Below are positions 1-17,848 of a stretch of DNA of 64,000 bases, in pieces (within the stretch, counting starts at the first letter, position 1; every line of letters starts with the position of its first letter). The notes beneath the pieces are model-generated. The model was given only the letters and a program-made list of their open reading frames with translations. It searched no databases and was not told where the DNA came from. A program made the translations under genes and the position numbers. The DNA comes from the human T2T-CHM13v2.0 reference genome, Homo sapiens. The stretch is taken from assembly GCF_009914755.1 (NCBI RefSeq), contig NC_060928.1; one strand, given 5' to 3'.

Positions 1-952
1 GACTAACCCCTCTTCTAGCTATTTGCAGCTGCTTCAAGGTGACATTTGCACATAACTTAGTGTTTTTAAAAATCCCATTTTAATTTTTCCAGTTAAAAAC
101 ACAAAAATGAGAGGCCCCTGGTGCCTTGTTGGTCTCTAGTTGTGCTGCCAAGGTGTGGACATTCTGATCCTCCCTGTAGGTACACTGCTGGCATCTGCTA
201 GTTTGTGTAATTCCTGGCCATGCTTATTCAGCTGATTAGGTCCTAGTAGTCTCTGCTGCAGGTTCAGCCTTATCTTCATTCTCACTGGTGCCCCAAAAGA
301 CCAATGTAAACCTAAGACTCAGGTACTCCACCTGCAGTTTTGGCTTTGATTAAAGGTTCACCCCATTTAGTGAGTTTGACCCAGCCAGGCTCTAATCATC
401 CTCCAAATGAGCCTTAGGGGAACATCAGAGTTTCTTCCATGATTTGAGAACACTGAGTCAGTCTCTCACTCCATCTCACCATGCAGTTTCCTCAGGTTAT
501 TGCAGGGGGGAGCTGAAGATTCATCTCCCAAAGTTTCTATCTAGATGTAGGACAAACTTCCCCTGCTATTAGTTTTCCCACATCTTCTCTAACTTATCTC
601 GCCATCTCAGACTTCAGTCCAAAAAGGGAGACTAAGACACAAGTGGCTCAACTCTTCTTTCAATCTTATCTCCTATATCTCTGCCTATTCACCCAGGAGG
701 ACAAGAGTCAAGTTTTCCTCTTCTTTCTGTATGACCAGAGGAGCTCCCTACACTGTAACTTCTTCTTAGACCTACTCCTCGTCTTTTCCTAAGAACATAA
801 TGTTAGACAAGGTGTAGGGATAGAGAAACTGGCATGATTAAGGAACCAAATTGCAAGAACACTTGAAAGCATTTTCCTCATATTTGCATTTCAGTAAGTA
901 GGTATTGGTCAAGCCTGTTTGGGAAGAGTTCCAGGTTTCAGAACCAAATAAC

Positions 953-1402
953 TGTTAAATAAAATTCATAGAAAGCCATTGATTGATTTGGACAGAGCTC
1001 TGCACTAGGCCTCAACAAACCAAACCAAAATGGAGTCACTCATGCTAAAATAAAACATCACCAAGACAAAACTAAGTTGTTTATCTGAACTTCTGAGCAA
1101 TCAGGAGGAAGAGAAATAATAACCAAGTTCCAAAACAGGCCAGTTTTAGTTGGCATAATAAGGACATTTTCTCTGCTTTAACCTTTACAAGGAAAATAAC
1201 TTTGAAATAACCAAACTGCTTTCTGTTCTTTTTTCTGCTTTCTTCAGTTTTTTTCTCTCTATAAATACTCACTGCCCATGCCCATGTTACAGAGTAGAAT
1301 TCTCCAACCTCTCCTGATCATGAGGGCTTCCTAATTCACAAACAGTTCTTTTCACAAATAAACTCTGTTAAATTTATTTTGTCAATTTTTTTTTCCACTA
1401 CA
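953..1402 (+). mobile_element. ERV1-class (MER4-group-like) solo LTR
   Basis: Starts TGTTAAAT, contains ACCAAAATGGAGTCACTCATGCTAA typical of MER4-group LTRs, has AATAAA near 1357 and ends CA; subfamily not resolved. Confidence 0.6.
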
Positions 1403-1429
1403 TAGGGTTAAACCTCTCTGATCCTATTG

Positions 1430-1585
1430 TTATCTGTGTGACTTTGGGCAAATTACTAACCTCTACACATCTCAGTTTCCTCATCTGCAAAATGGAGATA
1501 ATTACAGTACCTATCTTATGGGGTTGTGGTAAGCATTGAATGAATTAGTGTAGGTAAAGTGTTTGGAAATGAGTCTAACACTGTT
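1430..1585 (+). mobile_element. MIR SINE fragment
   Basis: MIR core TGTGTGACTTTGGGCAAATTACTAACCTCT...CTCAGTTTCCTCATCTGCAAAATGGAGATAAT. Confidence 0.85.
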
Positions 1586-4074
1586 TAATCTCTCCTTAAT
1601 TGCTATATAATTGGACTACAAGTATGTGTAATGTCAGAGATTTGCCCCCAAATTAAAACAAAAGAGTAATTTGATAGTTTGAAGTGATAAATAATATTTC
1701 AGGCACTGTTTCTGCCATTGAGTTCTACAAGTTGTTATTGGAGCTTGAGAGAGGCTGAGTTATTTGTTTTTTAGGGTGGTTCCCCGCCCCGCCCCCAGGT
1801 TTTGACCTTCCAGTTCACTGGGGCTTGAAATGAATCTGCAGTAAGCTTTATTATTTGCTCTGACTCAGTGTGGGATAATTGTTATTTAAATAGGACTGTA
1901 GGTGTGTGCTGGAAGATGTTAGGTGAAGCACCTAGGAAGCAAAAGAGAATAAATAACCCTGCCCTTGAATTGTTTACTGTTCTATTATGGGAGACACAGA
2001 AAAAGCAGACTAGAAGTGATTCAGTTCCAAGAGGTAAGTAGCCATTTACAATTTCACTGAGCAGATGCATTTCCATCCAAAAGAATATTCACCAATTAAA
2101 TCTGAGACTAGGTGATGGTATTCTGGGTTTTTTACTCCCCATTGCCTCCATCTAAATAAACAAAGCAGAACTCAACTATGTGATATCCCAGCGTAGAAAA
2201 AAGTAAGATGGATCTCTAGGTACCTAACTTAATTACAGAACCAGGGAGTGATGTAGAAAGGCCCCAGAGAGAAATAATCTCAGAGCTAATAAAAGATGTG
2301 TGCTGCATGAGACACCTCTGTTGAATAGGAGTAATCACTGTAACCCAGCGTGGCACCAGGCGTTCAAGCAGATCTGCCTTGGCTGTTTGTGGCGATTGCT
2401 CAACAGGGTGAATTAAACAAGCACCTTTGCATGATCATTTCTGCCTTTCAGCATCATGCTCTGCAGAGCTACTCTCCAGAATGACCAACTCTATAGGATT
2501 TTATAAAGAGAAGATTTAAAAGAAAGAATAAAAAGGAAAGGATTCTTGACGTCCCAGTTTAGGTAAGCTTGGGTCCAGTGCCCCATAAAAAAATAAAAAT
2601 AAATCATTAGGCTCTTTTTCAGTGCCATCAATATGGCTTTTCTTTTATTATAGTAAATATCTCTGGGTCAGTATCGTGCCCAGGAATGAGATAAAATAAA
2701 ACAAAACAAAATCCAAAAAATTATATAACGGTGAATCAACCCAGGACACAGCACCATAAATATCTTCATTTTACAGATGATGAATCTTAGGCGAAAAAGA
2801 GACTGCTGGAAAATAAACAGCCTGTATTTAAATTAGTTATATGTAATTTTTTCTCATTAAAATTCAACATTATTTCAGCATAGTTAACATAAAATAGAGG
2901 AGAAATATTCAGGCAGCAAAATTAGTCATTGTATCATACACTCTAACATCTCCTTCTGTGATTTCATTTTTACCATAGTGTTTCTGAATGATGCCTGCCT
3001 TTTCTGGAGAGTTATTTTCAGTGTATGTTGATTTATGTTGTTTACAATTCTGATTACTTGTTAAGACATCTTTTAAAAGTAGTTTGGTTTATACAGGTCA
3101 CTGCACAACTGAGATAAGAAAGGAAAATGGTCTGCTAGTCTGTCATAACAATAAAACAAAAAAATTAGATGTGTAGCAAAATGCTTAGAAATTGAGTTGA
3201 AAAAATCAGTTCAATTCACTTGCTTATTAATAAAAGGAAATCATTTTTGAAAGCAAATAGCTTGGAGTCATAGAAAATACAGAAAAAGTTGGTATTTGCT
3301 TTGATTTTCCTTATGATGCAATAACCATATGTGCAGCCAAGAGAAGGAACTATAAAAAATACAGAAAATCAAAAAAGAAAAAAAAAAAGCTTGATTTACT
3401 TAAGGGGAAATTCATCCTGATTCAGGGAAAAGAGGCAAGATGTGATGAACAGGCCAAATGAAGAATCATTAGTTTTGTAAGCAGAGATTAGAAATGCTGG
3501 AAGCACTATCTATCTTCATAACAACCAAACTGGAATAAGCACTGGTTTCAGTAAAGATTCGGGGTTTGTCTTCCTAGTGGGCATATTTCCAGGAGAACTG
3601 AAGCTCTTTCTAAATAAAATGGAATCAGTGCTAAGTCAGATGTAGGAGAAGTTTATATATGAAAAAGATTTTCCAATCCTGCTGTCAAAAAAAGTCGATT
3701 CAGAATGTTTGCTTCCATTGTACTTATATATTGATTCCTCATAGAATTTCTTTATATGTTACTCATACCATTCATTTCCTGGAATACCTACCCTCCTAAA
3801 TTCAACTAAATTTAAAATTACATTTTTGAGTTTTTTTTTATGTTCTAGACACCCATATTATAAAGAGGGAATATAAAAATTAATGACTTATTTCCAGCCT
3901 CCAGTATACGTTTCCCATGTTGAACTTCACATCCTCCTTAAATCCCATCTCAATTTCAACGTCTTTTATGAAGCCTTGTAAACTATTCCATGACGAACTT
4001 CCCATTTGAAATACCACTGGACCATATAGTTTAGCACTTACTTTTTCTGTGATTTTTTTTTCCCACAACAATAT

Positions 4075-4290
4075 GATTACTCATTTATTCAGTACATAGT
4101 GATCATCATGTTTAACTGGGGATCCAACAGTGAAAAAGACAGACAAGGATTCTGCTATCAATGTGTTTGCATTCTAGTATAGGAAGGAAGATAATAAGAA
4201 ACAAGAAAATTTGAACTAGTGATAGGAACTGTGAAACAAAGTCATGTGGTCGAGAGTGGTGAGAAGGGGAGATATTTGAAGTAAAGACGG
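4075..4290 (-). mobile_element. L2 3' fragment
   Basis: TCATTTATTCA...GGGGATCCAACAGTGAAAAAGACAGACAAGG resembles the L2 3' end in antisense. Confidence 0.55.
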
Positions 4291-4305
4291 TTAACATTCA
4301 TATAG

Positions 4306-4601
<296 letters not shown>

Positions 4602-4659
4602 TAGCACTTCTTATAAGTCAAACAAAATTGTTGCTTTATAAAGGCACTTATTGTTCTTT

Positions 4660-4809
4660 TATAAAGGCCCACCCTAATCCAGAATAATCTCATCTTGAGA
4701 TTTCTGACTTGATTACATTTACAAAGACTCTTTTTTCCAAATAAGGTCACATTCACAGGTTCCAGGTAGAAAGTGTCTTTTGCTGGGGCCCATCATGCAA
4801 CTCACTACA
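4660..4809 (-). mobile_element. MLT1C-like MaLR LTR fragment
   Basis: Reverse strand reads GGAACCTGTGAATGTGACCTTATTTGGAAAAAAGAGTCTTTGTAAATGTAATCAAG, matching the MLT1 5' region. Confidence 0.7.
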
Positions 4810-4941
4810 AGGCTTAAACCAAGCTTCTAAAGTGGATACAATTGTTATCCTCTTATATGTGAAGATGCTCAAGCACAAAAAGAGTAATGTTGTGGGCACA
4901 TACCTAGCATGCAGTGCAGTTGGGATTTAAACTGAGATACT

Positions 4942-5263
<322 letters not shown>

Positions 5264-5424
5264 AAACTGAGATACTGGCTTCATGGCCACTGTGCTTAAC
5301 CACTGTTCTATATGGTGTCAGATCAAGGCTCTCAAGAAAGAGTTTGAGACCCAAATGATAAAAGAGATTCTCCGGTAGGAGGAACTATAACTTCAAGTAT
5401 ATTTGTTCTATCTTCTCAATCAGA

Positions 5425-5890
5425 TGGTATTAAAGTTCTAAAACATGGCTTCAATTTTCTAGTCACCTCTAACATCAAGAACTGGGGGTCTATGGCCCTC
5501 TCCTTCAGTTTGGGAGAGCTTATGACTGCAATCATATAATGTAGTTCAGTGGAAGTGACGTTGGCTATCATGCTGTGAGGAAGCTATACCACGCAGAGAG
5601 ACCATGTGTGCACATCACAGCTGACAACAGTAGTCTGCAAGTCCTCCCAAGCCAGGTGCCAGACACATGAGTGAACAAGCTTTCAGCTTATTTCAGTCTT
5701 TAGCTGTGGGGTCACCTCCAGCTTATGCTTCTTTCCAGAAAGGCCAAGATACTATGCAGCAGAGACAAGCCACAATGTTGTATCATGCCAAAATTGTTGT
5801 CCCATGGAATTTGTGAGCATAATAAAATGGCTGTTGTTTTATGTCACTACATTTGGGGTAGTTTGCTATGTAACAAGTAGTTAGCAGACA
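5425..5890 (+). mobile_element. MLT1 (H-like) MaLR solo LTR
   Basis: 3' end AATAAAATGGCTGTTGTTTTATGTCACTACATTTGGGGTAGTTTGCTATG is typical of MLT1. Confidence 0.7.
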
Positions 5891-5959
5891 CAGCCATGCC
5901 TAAATCACATCCCACAGGGCTAAACACAGAATAGGTATAGTGGAGGAACAACAGAAAAC

Positions 5960-6675
5960 AGGTATTTATCAACAGTTTCCCAGGAGACTGGAAGTAATGC
6001 TGTGGCTATTTCAAGCAGGAAGAGAATTCAGATTAGTAAATTAAATGCTTACAAACTTTTGGGAGGACAAGAGAAAAGAGGTCAAAAACTGCTGATGTCC
6101 AGGAAGTCAGAAAGGAAAGAAAATCAGGGATGTTGACACGGATGGATTTCTGTGCCTGCAGCACAGAAGCAGGTGTTTTGCAGGGTTTAGCCAGGAAGCT
6201 ACATCAAATTTCAGGTCCGCTGTCTGCCCCTGTGTCTGCCAGGAGCTGCTGCCAGAGAATAACGGTTTATCTTTCCCTTTCACCTTCCAACTCTTGAATG
6301 AGTGCCAGTCATTAGCCAAACCTATTTTGTAAACCAGATCCTGCATACAGGGAGGGTCTCAGTAGGCAGGAATGGTGCTGAGATTCAACAATGCCTGACA
6401 TCATCTATCCTTTTGGACACTCACCATCCATAAATAAAATTACGCAGATGTTTAAATTTCAGAACAACAAGACAACAATATCATTCTGGTAAATCTGATC
6501 TAACTATTCCTCACACAAATAATGCCATACTCATTCTCTCCTAAAGTGAGGAAACCCAGGTTTTATCAGTATCTGTATCCACCTCTGAATGATGTTCTGT
6601 TGTTCATTCATTTTCTTATAAATCATAGTTCAGTTAAATTCCTCTTTTGTAGTTTATTGACTAAATTATAAGGTA
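5960..6675 (-). mobile_element. Old ERV-L-type LTR plus adjacent internal 3' end
   Basis: On the minus strand a PPT-like CCAAAAGGATAGATGA precedes TG at 6400; collinear with the ERV-L internal remnant on the other side of the L1. Confidence 0.4.
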
Positions 6676-6914
6676 TCTACCACCAACACCTTTTTTTTCT
6701 TTTTTTAAATTATTATACTCTAAGTTCTAGGGTACATGTGCACAACATACAGGTTTGTTACATGGGTATACATGTGCCATGTTGGTTTGCTGCACCCATA
6801 AACTTGTCATTTACGTTAGGTATTTATCCTAATGGTATCCCTCCCCTAGCCCCCACCCCACGAAAGGCTCTGGTGTGTGATGCTCCTCTCCCTGTGTCCA
6901 TGTGTTCTCATTGT

Positions 6915-10742
<3,828 letters not shown>

Positions 10743-10805
10743 TATGATGTTAGCTGGTTATTTTGCCCATTAATTGATGCAGTTGCTTCATAGCTTCGAT
10801 GGCCT

Positions 10806-12137
10806 TTACAATTTGGCATGTTTTTCAATGGCTGGTACTGGTTGTTCTTTCCATGTTTAGTGCTTCCTTCAAGAGCTCTTGTAAGGCAGGCCTGGTGGTG
10901 ACCAAATTCTCTCAGCATTTGCTTGTCTGTAAAGGATTTTATTTCACCTTCACTTATGAAGCTTAGTTTGGCTGGATATGAAAATCTGGGTTGAAAATTC
11001 TTTTCTTTTCTTTTTTTTTTTTTTTTTTTTGAGGCAGAATCTCGCTCTGTCCCCCAGGCTGGAGTGCAGTGGCACAATCTTGGCTCACTGCAAGCTCCGC
11101 CTCCCAGGTTCCCGCCATTCTCCTGCCTCAGCCTCCTGAGTAGCTGGGACTACAGATGCCTGCCACCACGCCCGGCTAATTTTTTTGTATTTTTAGTAGA
11201 GACAGGGTTTCACCATGTTAGCCAGGATGGTCTCAATCTTCTGACCTTGTGATCCACCTGCCTCAGCCTCTCAAAGTGCTGGAATTACAGGCATGAGCCA
11301 CCACACCTGGCCGAAAATTCTTTTCTTTAAGAGCGTTGAATATTGGCCTCCACTCTCATCTCGCTTGTAGAGTTTCTGCCAAGAGATCCGCTGTTGTCTG
11401 ATGGGCTTCCCTTTGTGGATAACTCAAACTTTCTCTCTGGCTGCCCTTAACATATTTTTCTGCATTTCAACCTTGGTGAATCAGACAACTATGAGTCTTG
11501 GTGTTGCTCTTCTCAAGGAGTATCTTTGTGGTGTTCTCTGTATTTCCTGAATTTGAATGTTGGCCTGTCTTGCTAGGTTGGGGAATTTTCTCCTGGATAA
11601 TATCCTGAAGAGTGTTTTCCAACTTGGTTTCACTCTGCCTGTCACTTTCAGGTACACCAATCAAATGTAGATTTGGTCTTTTCACATAATTCCATATTTC
11701 TTGGAGAGTTTGTTCATTTCTTTTTTCTCTAAACTTCTCTTCCAGCTTTATTTCATTAATTTGATCTTCAATCACTGATACCCTTTCTTCCACTTGATGG
11801 AATTGTCTACTGAACCTTGTGCATGCATCATGTACTTCTCATGCCATGGTTTTCATCTCCATCATGTCATTTAAGGTCTTCTCTACATGTTTATTCTAGT
11901 TAGCCATTCGTCTAATCTTTTTTCAAGGTTTGTAGCTTCCTTGCAACGGGTTCAAACATCCTCCTTTAGCTCAGAGAAGTTTGTTTTTACTGACCTTCTG
12001 AAGGCTACTTCTGTCACCTCATCAAAGTCATTCTCTGTCCAGCTTTGTTCCATTGCTGACATGGAGCTGCGATCCTTTGGAGAAGAGACGCTCTGGTTTT
12101 TAGAATTTTCAGCTTTTCTGCTCTGGTTTCTCCCCAT
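10806..12137 (-). pseudogene. L1 ORF1, disrupted by an Alu insertion and stops/frameshifts
   Basis: MGRNQSRKAENSKNQ start, [36 protein letters not shown]. Confidence 0.92.
11009..11312 (-). mobile_element. AluY inserted in L1 ORF1
   Basis: 16-bp TSD GAAAATTCTTTTCTTT at 10993-11008 and 11313-11328; canonical TT/AAAG endonuclease site on the minus strand. Confidence 0.95.
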
Positions 12138-13174
12138 CTTTATGGTTTTATCTACCTTTGATCTTTGATGTTGGTGACCTACAGATGGGGTTTTGATGTG
12201 GATGTCCTTTTTGTTAATGTTGATGCTATTCCTTTCTGTTTGTTAGTTTTCCTTCTAACAGTCAGGACCCTCAGCTGCAGGTCTGTTGGAGTTTGCTGGA
12301 GGTCCACTCCAGACCCTATTTGCCTGGGTATCACCAGTGGAGACTGCAGAACAGCAAATATTGCAGAACAGCAAATATTGCTGCCTGATCCCTCCTCTGG
12401 CAGCTTCGTCCCAGAGGGGCACCTGCCTGTATGAGGTGTCAGTCGGTCCCTACTGGGAGGTGTCTCCTAGTTAGGTTATACTTGGGTCAGGGACCCACTT
12501 GAGGAGGCAGTCTGTCTGTTCTCAGAGCTCAAACACCATGCTGGGAGAACCACTGCTCTCTTCAGAGCTGTCAGACAGGGATGTTTAAGTCTACAGAAGT
12601 TTCTGCTGCCTTTTGTTCAGCTATAACCTGCCCCCAGAGGTGGAGTCTATAGAATTAGAAAGCCTTGCAGCACTGCGGTGGGGTCTGCCCAGTTCAAACT
12701 TCCTGGCCGCTTTGTTTACCTACTCAAGCCTCAGTAATGACGGACACCCTTCCCCCTGCTGGGCTGCTGCCTCACAGATTGATATCAGACTGCTGCGCTA
12801 GCAGTGAACAAGGCTCTGTGGGTGTGGGACCCTCTGAGGCAGGCACGGGATATAATCTCCTGTGTGCCATTTGCTAAGACTGTTGGAAAAGTGCAGTATT
12901 TGAGCGGGAGTGTCCTGTTTTTTCCAGGTACAGTCTGCCATGGCTTTCCTTGGCTAGGAAAGGGAAATCCCCTGACCTCTTGCACTTCCCTGCTGAGGCA
13001 ATGCCCCGCCCTGCTTCAGCTTGCCCTCCGTGGGCTGCACCCACTGTCCAACCAGTCCCAATGAGATGAACCAGGTACCTCAGTTGGAAATGTTGAAATC
13101 ACCCATCTTCTGTGTCGATCACGCTGGAAGCTGCAGACCAGAGCTGTTCCTATTAGGCCATCTACCACCAACAC

Positions 13175-14700
13175 TTTAATATAAGGAGGAAGGGAAAAAG
13201 AATTTGGTAAATGTATATTTAACAGTGAAGAAAGAAAATGTGCATAGCTACTGTGTTCTCAATTCTGTAACTGGTTGTTCCATGTTCTCTATTCTCTCAG
13301 CCAAAACTTCAGCAGATAATGGCTCTTTACTTGAAATAATAGCCCAAACCTCCATTCTTGAGGGTCTGAAACATTAGTGATCTTGATCACAGAGTTGCTT
13401 TAGTCTTCCATCAACTTTGGCCTCTAGACATTGTTGAAGTACTAAGAGGGGTCTCATAAAATTTCCTTCCAATAAATTCCTATTGTGTAGCAGCAACCTT
13501 ATTTGTCCTTGATAAGCAGAATCAATTACCCTAGAAAATAAAGTAACTTCCTTTCTTAACTGTTAGTTCACTGGTATGAAGAACCCAAATCACTAGCTGA
13601 CATACACAACTTTTAGTCATTATGATCTTTGTTGTTTACCCAGTGTGCACTTTCTCCTTTAGCAACTAAGACTTCAAAACCAGTAGATCCAAGCATTGCA
13701 GGGATGAGAAGTACAACTTTCTAAGTAGACCATTAAGGACAATAATGAGAAACAGCCATTTTTTTCTGCCTTTTTCATTCCAAGACCTATATATTTTGGC
13801 TATAGGTGATCCATAAATTGATCAGAAGGTATAAAAATATATCTCACTGAGTAGGGCAGCTATCCAATTATGCAAGGTGTTGTTAGCCGTCTTAGTAATC
13901 TATTTTACCAATCAACCTGCTTAGTCGCTTCTGGGTAATTGGGTGAATGTCGAGAATATGAGTTAGTCAGTTCCAAGTGTGAGCCAATGCCTCATTTCTT
14001 AAGCTGTAAAGCAAAAGCAATGCTGTGTAGGATACTGTGATATCAAATGAGGCATTCAGGATATCCATGGATGGGACTAGGTGCAAAAGCATTGTGGGCA
14101 GGGAAAGCAGATCCCTATTCAGAGGGTCTTTCCCAGTGAAAATGAAGGTTAGCCTCCTGGTGGTTGGCTATTACTTGGGGAATCATTTTATACTGGGGAC
14201 TCAGCATGGTCCTCCACTATTTGCAGGCAGGTAACTCAGGAGCAATCACAAACAGGATAGTTCTTAGTAGGGAAAGTCCTTGTTCTTGAGGCCTTGTATA
14301 ACCCCTATTCTTGCTGCCATAGCAACTTTATTCATTAGACTGTTGAGCAAGTGTATCACGCCCGTACATTTCTTCCCAGAATTACTTGCTACTCTACCAC
14401 AAATGTAGTCTTTCAAAATCTCTGATAATCTAAGCAAACAATTATTTGCTGCCCTTATGTTAGTGTAGTTGATCATTATTTTGGTCATCTCTCCTTCCAG
14501 GCAAGTTGAACAACTGCATGCACTGTTTAAAGCTCTTACCCCTGTCCATGAAGGCCACATCAGGGTTTGCTATAATGGTCCCAACACATCATACATACAC
14601 ATATGTGAAAAAGAAACACTGATAATTTTCTTCCTTCTGGTATCCTGGATAAATTTTAGGAAATAAACCTCATGATAGTCCTTCAGAATAAGTGCTGTAT
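13175..14700 (-). mobile_element. Ancient ERV-L internal (pol/integrase) remnant
   Basis: Minus strand ATGAATAAAGTTGCTATGGCAGCAAG...GCTTTCCCTGCCCACAATGCTTTTGC...ATCCTACACAGCATTGC resembles the ERV-L integrase coding region; heavily degraded. Confidence 0.65.
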
Positions 14701-14780
14701 GCTATAATGATCAACCCCAAACCCTCATTAGCTTTGTACAATGAAAGTTTATTACTCACTCCAGAGTCCAACAATATTGG

Positions 14781-14805
14781 TGTATGTGTGTGTGTGTGTG
14801 TGTGT
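14781..14805. repeat. (TG)n microsatellite
   Basis: Direct observation. Confidence 0.9.
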
Positions 14806-14998
14806 TGGTGAATAAAAGGGTAGGTTATGCTCCATACAGTCAATAAGAGACACACAACTTTCCATTTGGTGGCACTGACATCTTCTACATGTGACTTCTA
14901 AAGTCTCCATGGAAGGAAAAGAGAGTTTTCCTCATGATTTTTATGGAGAACTACATAATTTTTATGAGAATATTGCATGTGTGAGATTCTTATGGGTC

Positions 14999-15515
14999 TG
15001 TGGTAATTGAAAACAATGGCTGCAATAATCTCCTACATCACTATGAATTTCTGTTTGCATGTGATTTTGAAGCTTTTCCCATCCAAAGTTAGAGTTTTAT
15101 TCTCTTATCCCTTGAATCTTAATTTGGTCCTATGATCTTCTTTGGCCATTGGGTTATCACAAATGTGATGCAAACAGAAGATTGGAAAGTGCTTAAACAT
15201 TGGGGCTTGCTCTCTCTTCTTGTTGGAAACCCCAAACCACCATGTGAAGAAACCCAGGCTAGCTAACTGGAGCAACTACATGGAGAGAGTCTCAATCATC
15301 CCATCTGTCCCAGCTGAAGCCTAAACACATAAGTGATGACATCCTAGTCTCTACAGCCCTACTCTAGTTACAAATTTACCTCCAGAGATCATTCAGCTTA
15401 CTCAGATCTGAAGATCTGGGCAGACTCAATGAATCATGAGCAAATAAAATGATTATGTTGCTTGAAACCATAAAGTTTGGTGTAGTTTGTTATACATTGA
15501 AAACTAACTGATACA
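14999..15515 (+). mobile_element. MLT1G-like solo LTR
   Basis: TG...CA ends with perfect 5-bp TSD GGGTC (14994-14998 and 15516-15520). Confidence 0.85.
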
Positions 15516-15944
15516 GGGTCAGAATGGGAAGAGGCTTATATCATCTCTTCCCACATTTCATTAGTCAGAACTCAGTTATATGTCCCAACCTGTTTGCAAG
15601 AGAGCTGAGTGGTGTAATTTAACAATAATATCAGGAAGAACAAGACAGAGTTGATAAACACATAGCAAGTTTTCTCCACATGTATGTCCTTTCAGTCACC
15701 AGTTATTTGGCAAACTCCTCCTTTTACACATAAAACACATATGTAAGTTCCCTAAGAAAGCACCTAAAGTGCCACTTAAGCTCTGCAAATATCTCAGTAC
15801 CTAAGATGTCTGGGTGATGTACAGTTATGTTAATCACATTCAGATGTATCTTGCTTTGTTTTGGTAACCTATGAATCAAAAAAAGTTATCTTCCCTGCAT
15901 CCTTCACAGGCATATTCAGAATACTGTGGTGGAGAAGGCACAGA

Positions 15945-16150
15945 TGATGGTAGTAACCTGATGGATCTGGCTTGTACAAGTGCAGAGTATGAGAACCAAT
16001 TGTGTACACATCTTCCTAACTCCATATTCAATGACATCATGTTGGTAACTTAAAATCAGCAATAGGAGTATATATACTACGGAAAATGGCAAGGGCTATA
16101 CAACAGGGCTTTTTTTTATCAGAGATCCTATTTTCCAGAATGCTATATTG
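15945..16150 (+). mobile_element. MER63A-like hAT DNA transposon
   Basis: GAGAACCAATTGTGTACACATCTTCCTAACTCCATATTCAATGACATCATGTTGGTAACTTAAAATC matches the MER63 consensus with CpG decay. Confidence 0.7.
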
Positions 16151-16398
16151 ATGATTGTAATTAACAGACTCATGCAGAAAAAAGAAAAATGGGAGAAGCT
16201 GGGCAGTCCATAGAAATGACTAAATATTTTGGCACAGGCACTGTGATATCCCTCTGCCATGTAAGTAGGAAAATTTTGTTGGTTAGGTCACAATTCTGTA
16301 TTCTGGAACTAACTAACTTACTCTATTTTTCTCAGTATCTTTGCCTTCCTAGAGATTCTTCCGTGTCTTTTATTCCCCTGAGTCACATATTAAGTGTG

Positions 16399-16710
16399 TG
16401 CTATGGTTTCAATATTTGTCTCTTTCAAAACTTATACTGAAGTTTAATTACCATTATAACATTATTAAGAAATGGGACCTTTAGGACGTGATTAGGCCAT
16501 GAGGAATCTACCCTACAAGTTCTTCCTCCTCTTACTCCCACCCTCTTGCCTTCTGCCGTGTGGTGGTACAGCAGGAAGTCCCTTCCCAGACACCAGCACC
16601 TTAATATTGGGCTTGCCAGCCTCCAGAACCATGATCTAATACATTTCTCTTTATTATAAATCACCCTGTCTGTGGCCTTCTGTTATAGCAGCACAAAATG
16701 GGCTATGACA
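16399..16710 (+). mobile_element. MST-family MaLR solo LTR
   Basis: TGCTATGGTTT start, TGTTATAGCAGCACAAAATGGGCTATGACA end, TSD GTGTG/GTGAG. Confidence 0.85.
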
Positions 16711-17549
16711 GTGAGCATTATAAGGTATGCTCTTCTTGGGGTCTGCACAACTTTCTCGGCCTGCTTACTCCTGGAACAAACTAGGTATCCCAAAACTTGT
16801 TTTACAACTCAAATGAAGAAATTTTTAGTCCAGGCTGGTGGAGGTTTTTGGAAATACAATTTGTTCAAAACCTTAATATACTTCCCATGTATTTGCTCCC
16901 AATCAGTTTCATATGCTAATAAAACCAAAATCCTTTTTTCTAAACATAGCTCTCAAATCTGTTTTATTTGCCTTCTCACTTGCTGCTTCTTTCTTAATAG
17001 AATGGCTTCTATCTTGAGGCTGTCAGGCTACAATGGGCCATAACCTTAATCTGCTATTTGCCCCAGGGCTTGGTACTCATAAAATTTTATTACTAGAATT
17101 ATTTATCTATTGTGTCTTCTCTATGTGGTATAGAAGCAACTGGTTTTTCCAATTCTTCATGGATTTGCATTTCTGGATTCATTTTACACTCTTTCATTTC
17201 TGCTGGCAAGCTAGCCAGTTCTCATCTTTAGTAACTTACACACTGACAAGTTCTTCTCAATACTGTTCCTAGCATTGTGGGAATAGAAGGCATATTGTCT
17301 GTCTTCCAACTTATTATACAAAACAGTTTGTTTTGTCACTGTGTAACATGAGCTATCATCCTTCCATCCCCTGTCATGAGTTTCTTTGTCACTTGCTGCC
17401 TGACCACCAAATCAAAGACACTTATTTCAAGTATTCATTATGGCAGCACTCTATTTCTGGTATCTATTTCTCTAGGCAGGGAAAACAGTATTGCCTGGTA
17501 AAATAGCTAAAACCAAAACCTCAGTGACTTAACACTGTAAAAGTTCATT

Positions 17550-17848
17550 TTTTTTTTTTTTTTTGAGATGGAGTCTCGCTCTGTTGCCCCAGGCTGGAGT
17601 GCGGTGGCCGTGATCTCGGCTCACTGCAAGCTCTGCCTCCCAGCTTCACGCCATTCTCCTGCCTCACCCTCCTGAGTAGCTGAGACTACAGGTGCCCACC
17701 ACCATGCCTGGCTAATTTTTTTGTATTTTTAATAGAGATGGGGTTTCACCATGTTAGCCAGGATGGTCTCAATCTCCTGACCTTGTGATCTGCCCGCCTT
17801 GGCCTCCCAAAGTGCTGGGATTACAGGTGTGAGCCACCGCACCCAGCC
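17550..17848 (-). mobile_element. AluY
   Basis: AluY diagnostics; TSD TAAAAGTTCATT at 17538-17549 and 17849-17860. Confidence 0.95.

Noticed and set aside
1781-1797. Tandem GC boxes CCCCGCCCCGCCCC as a promoter
   Set aside because: Isolated, with no CpG island or other promoter evidence
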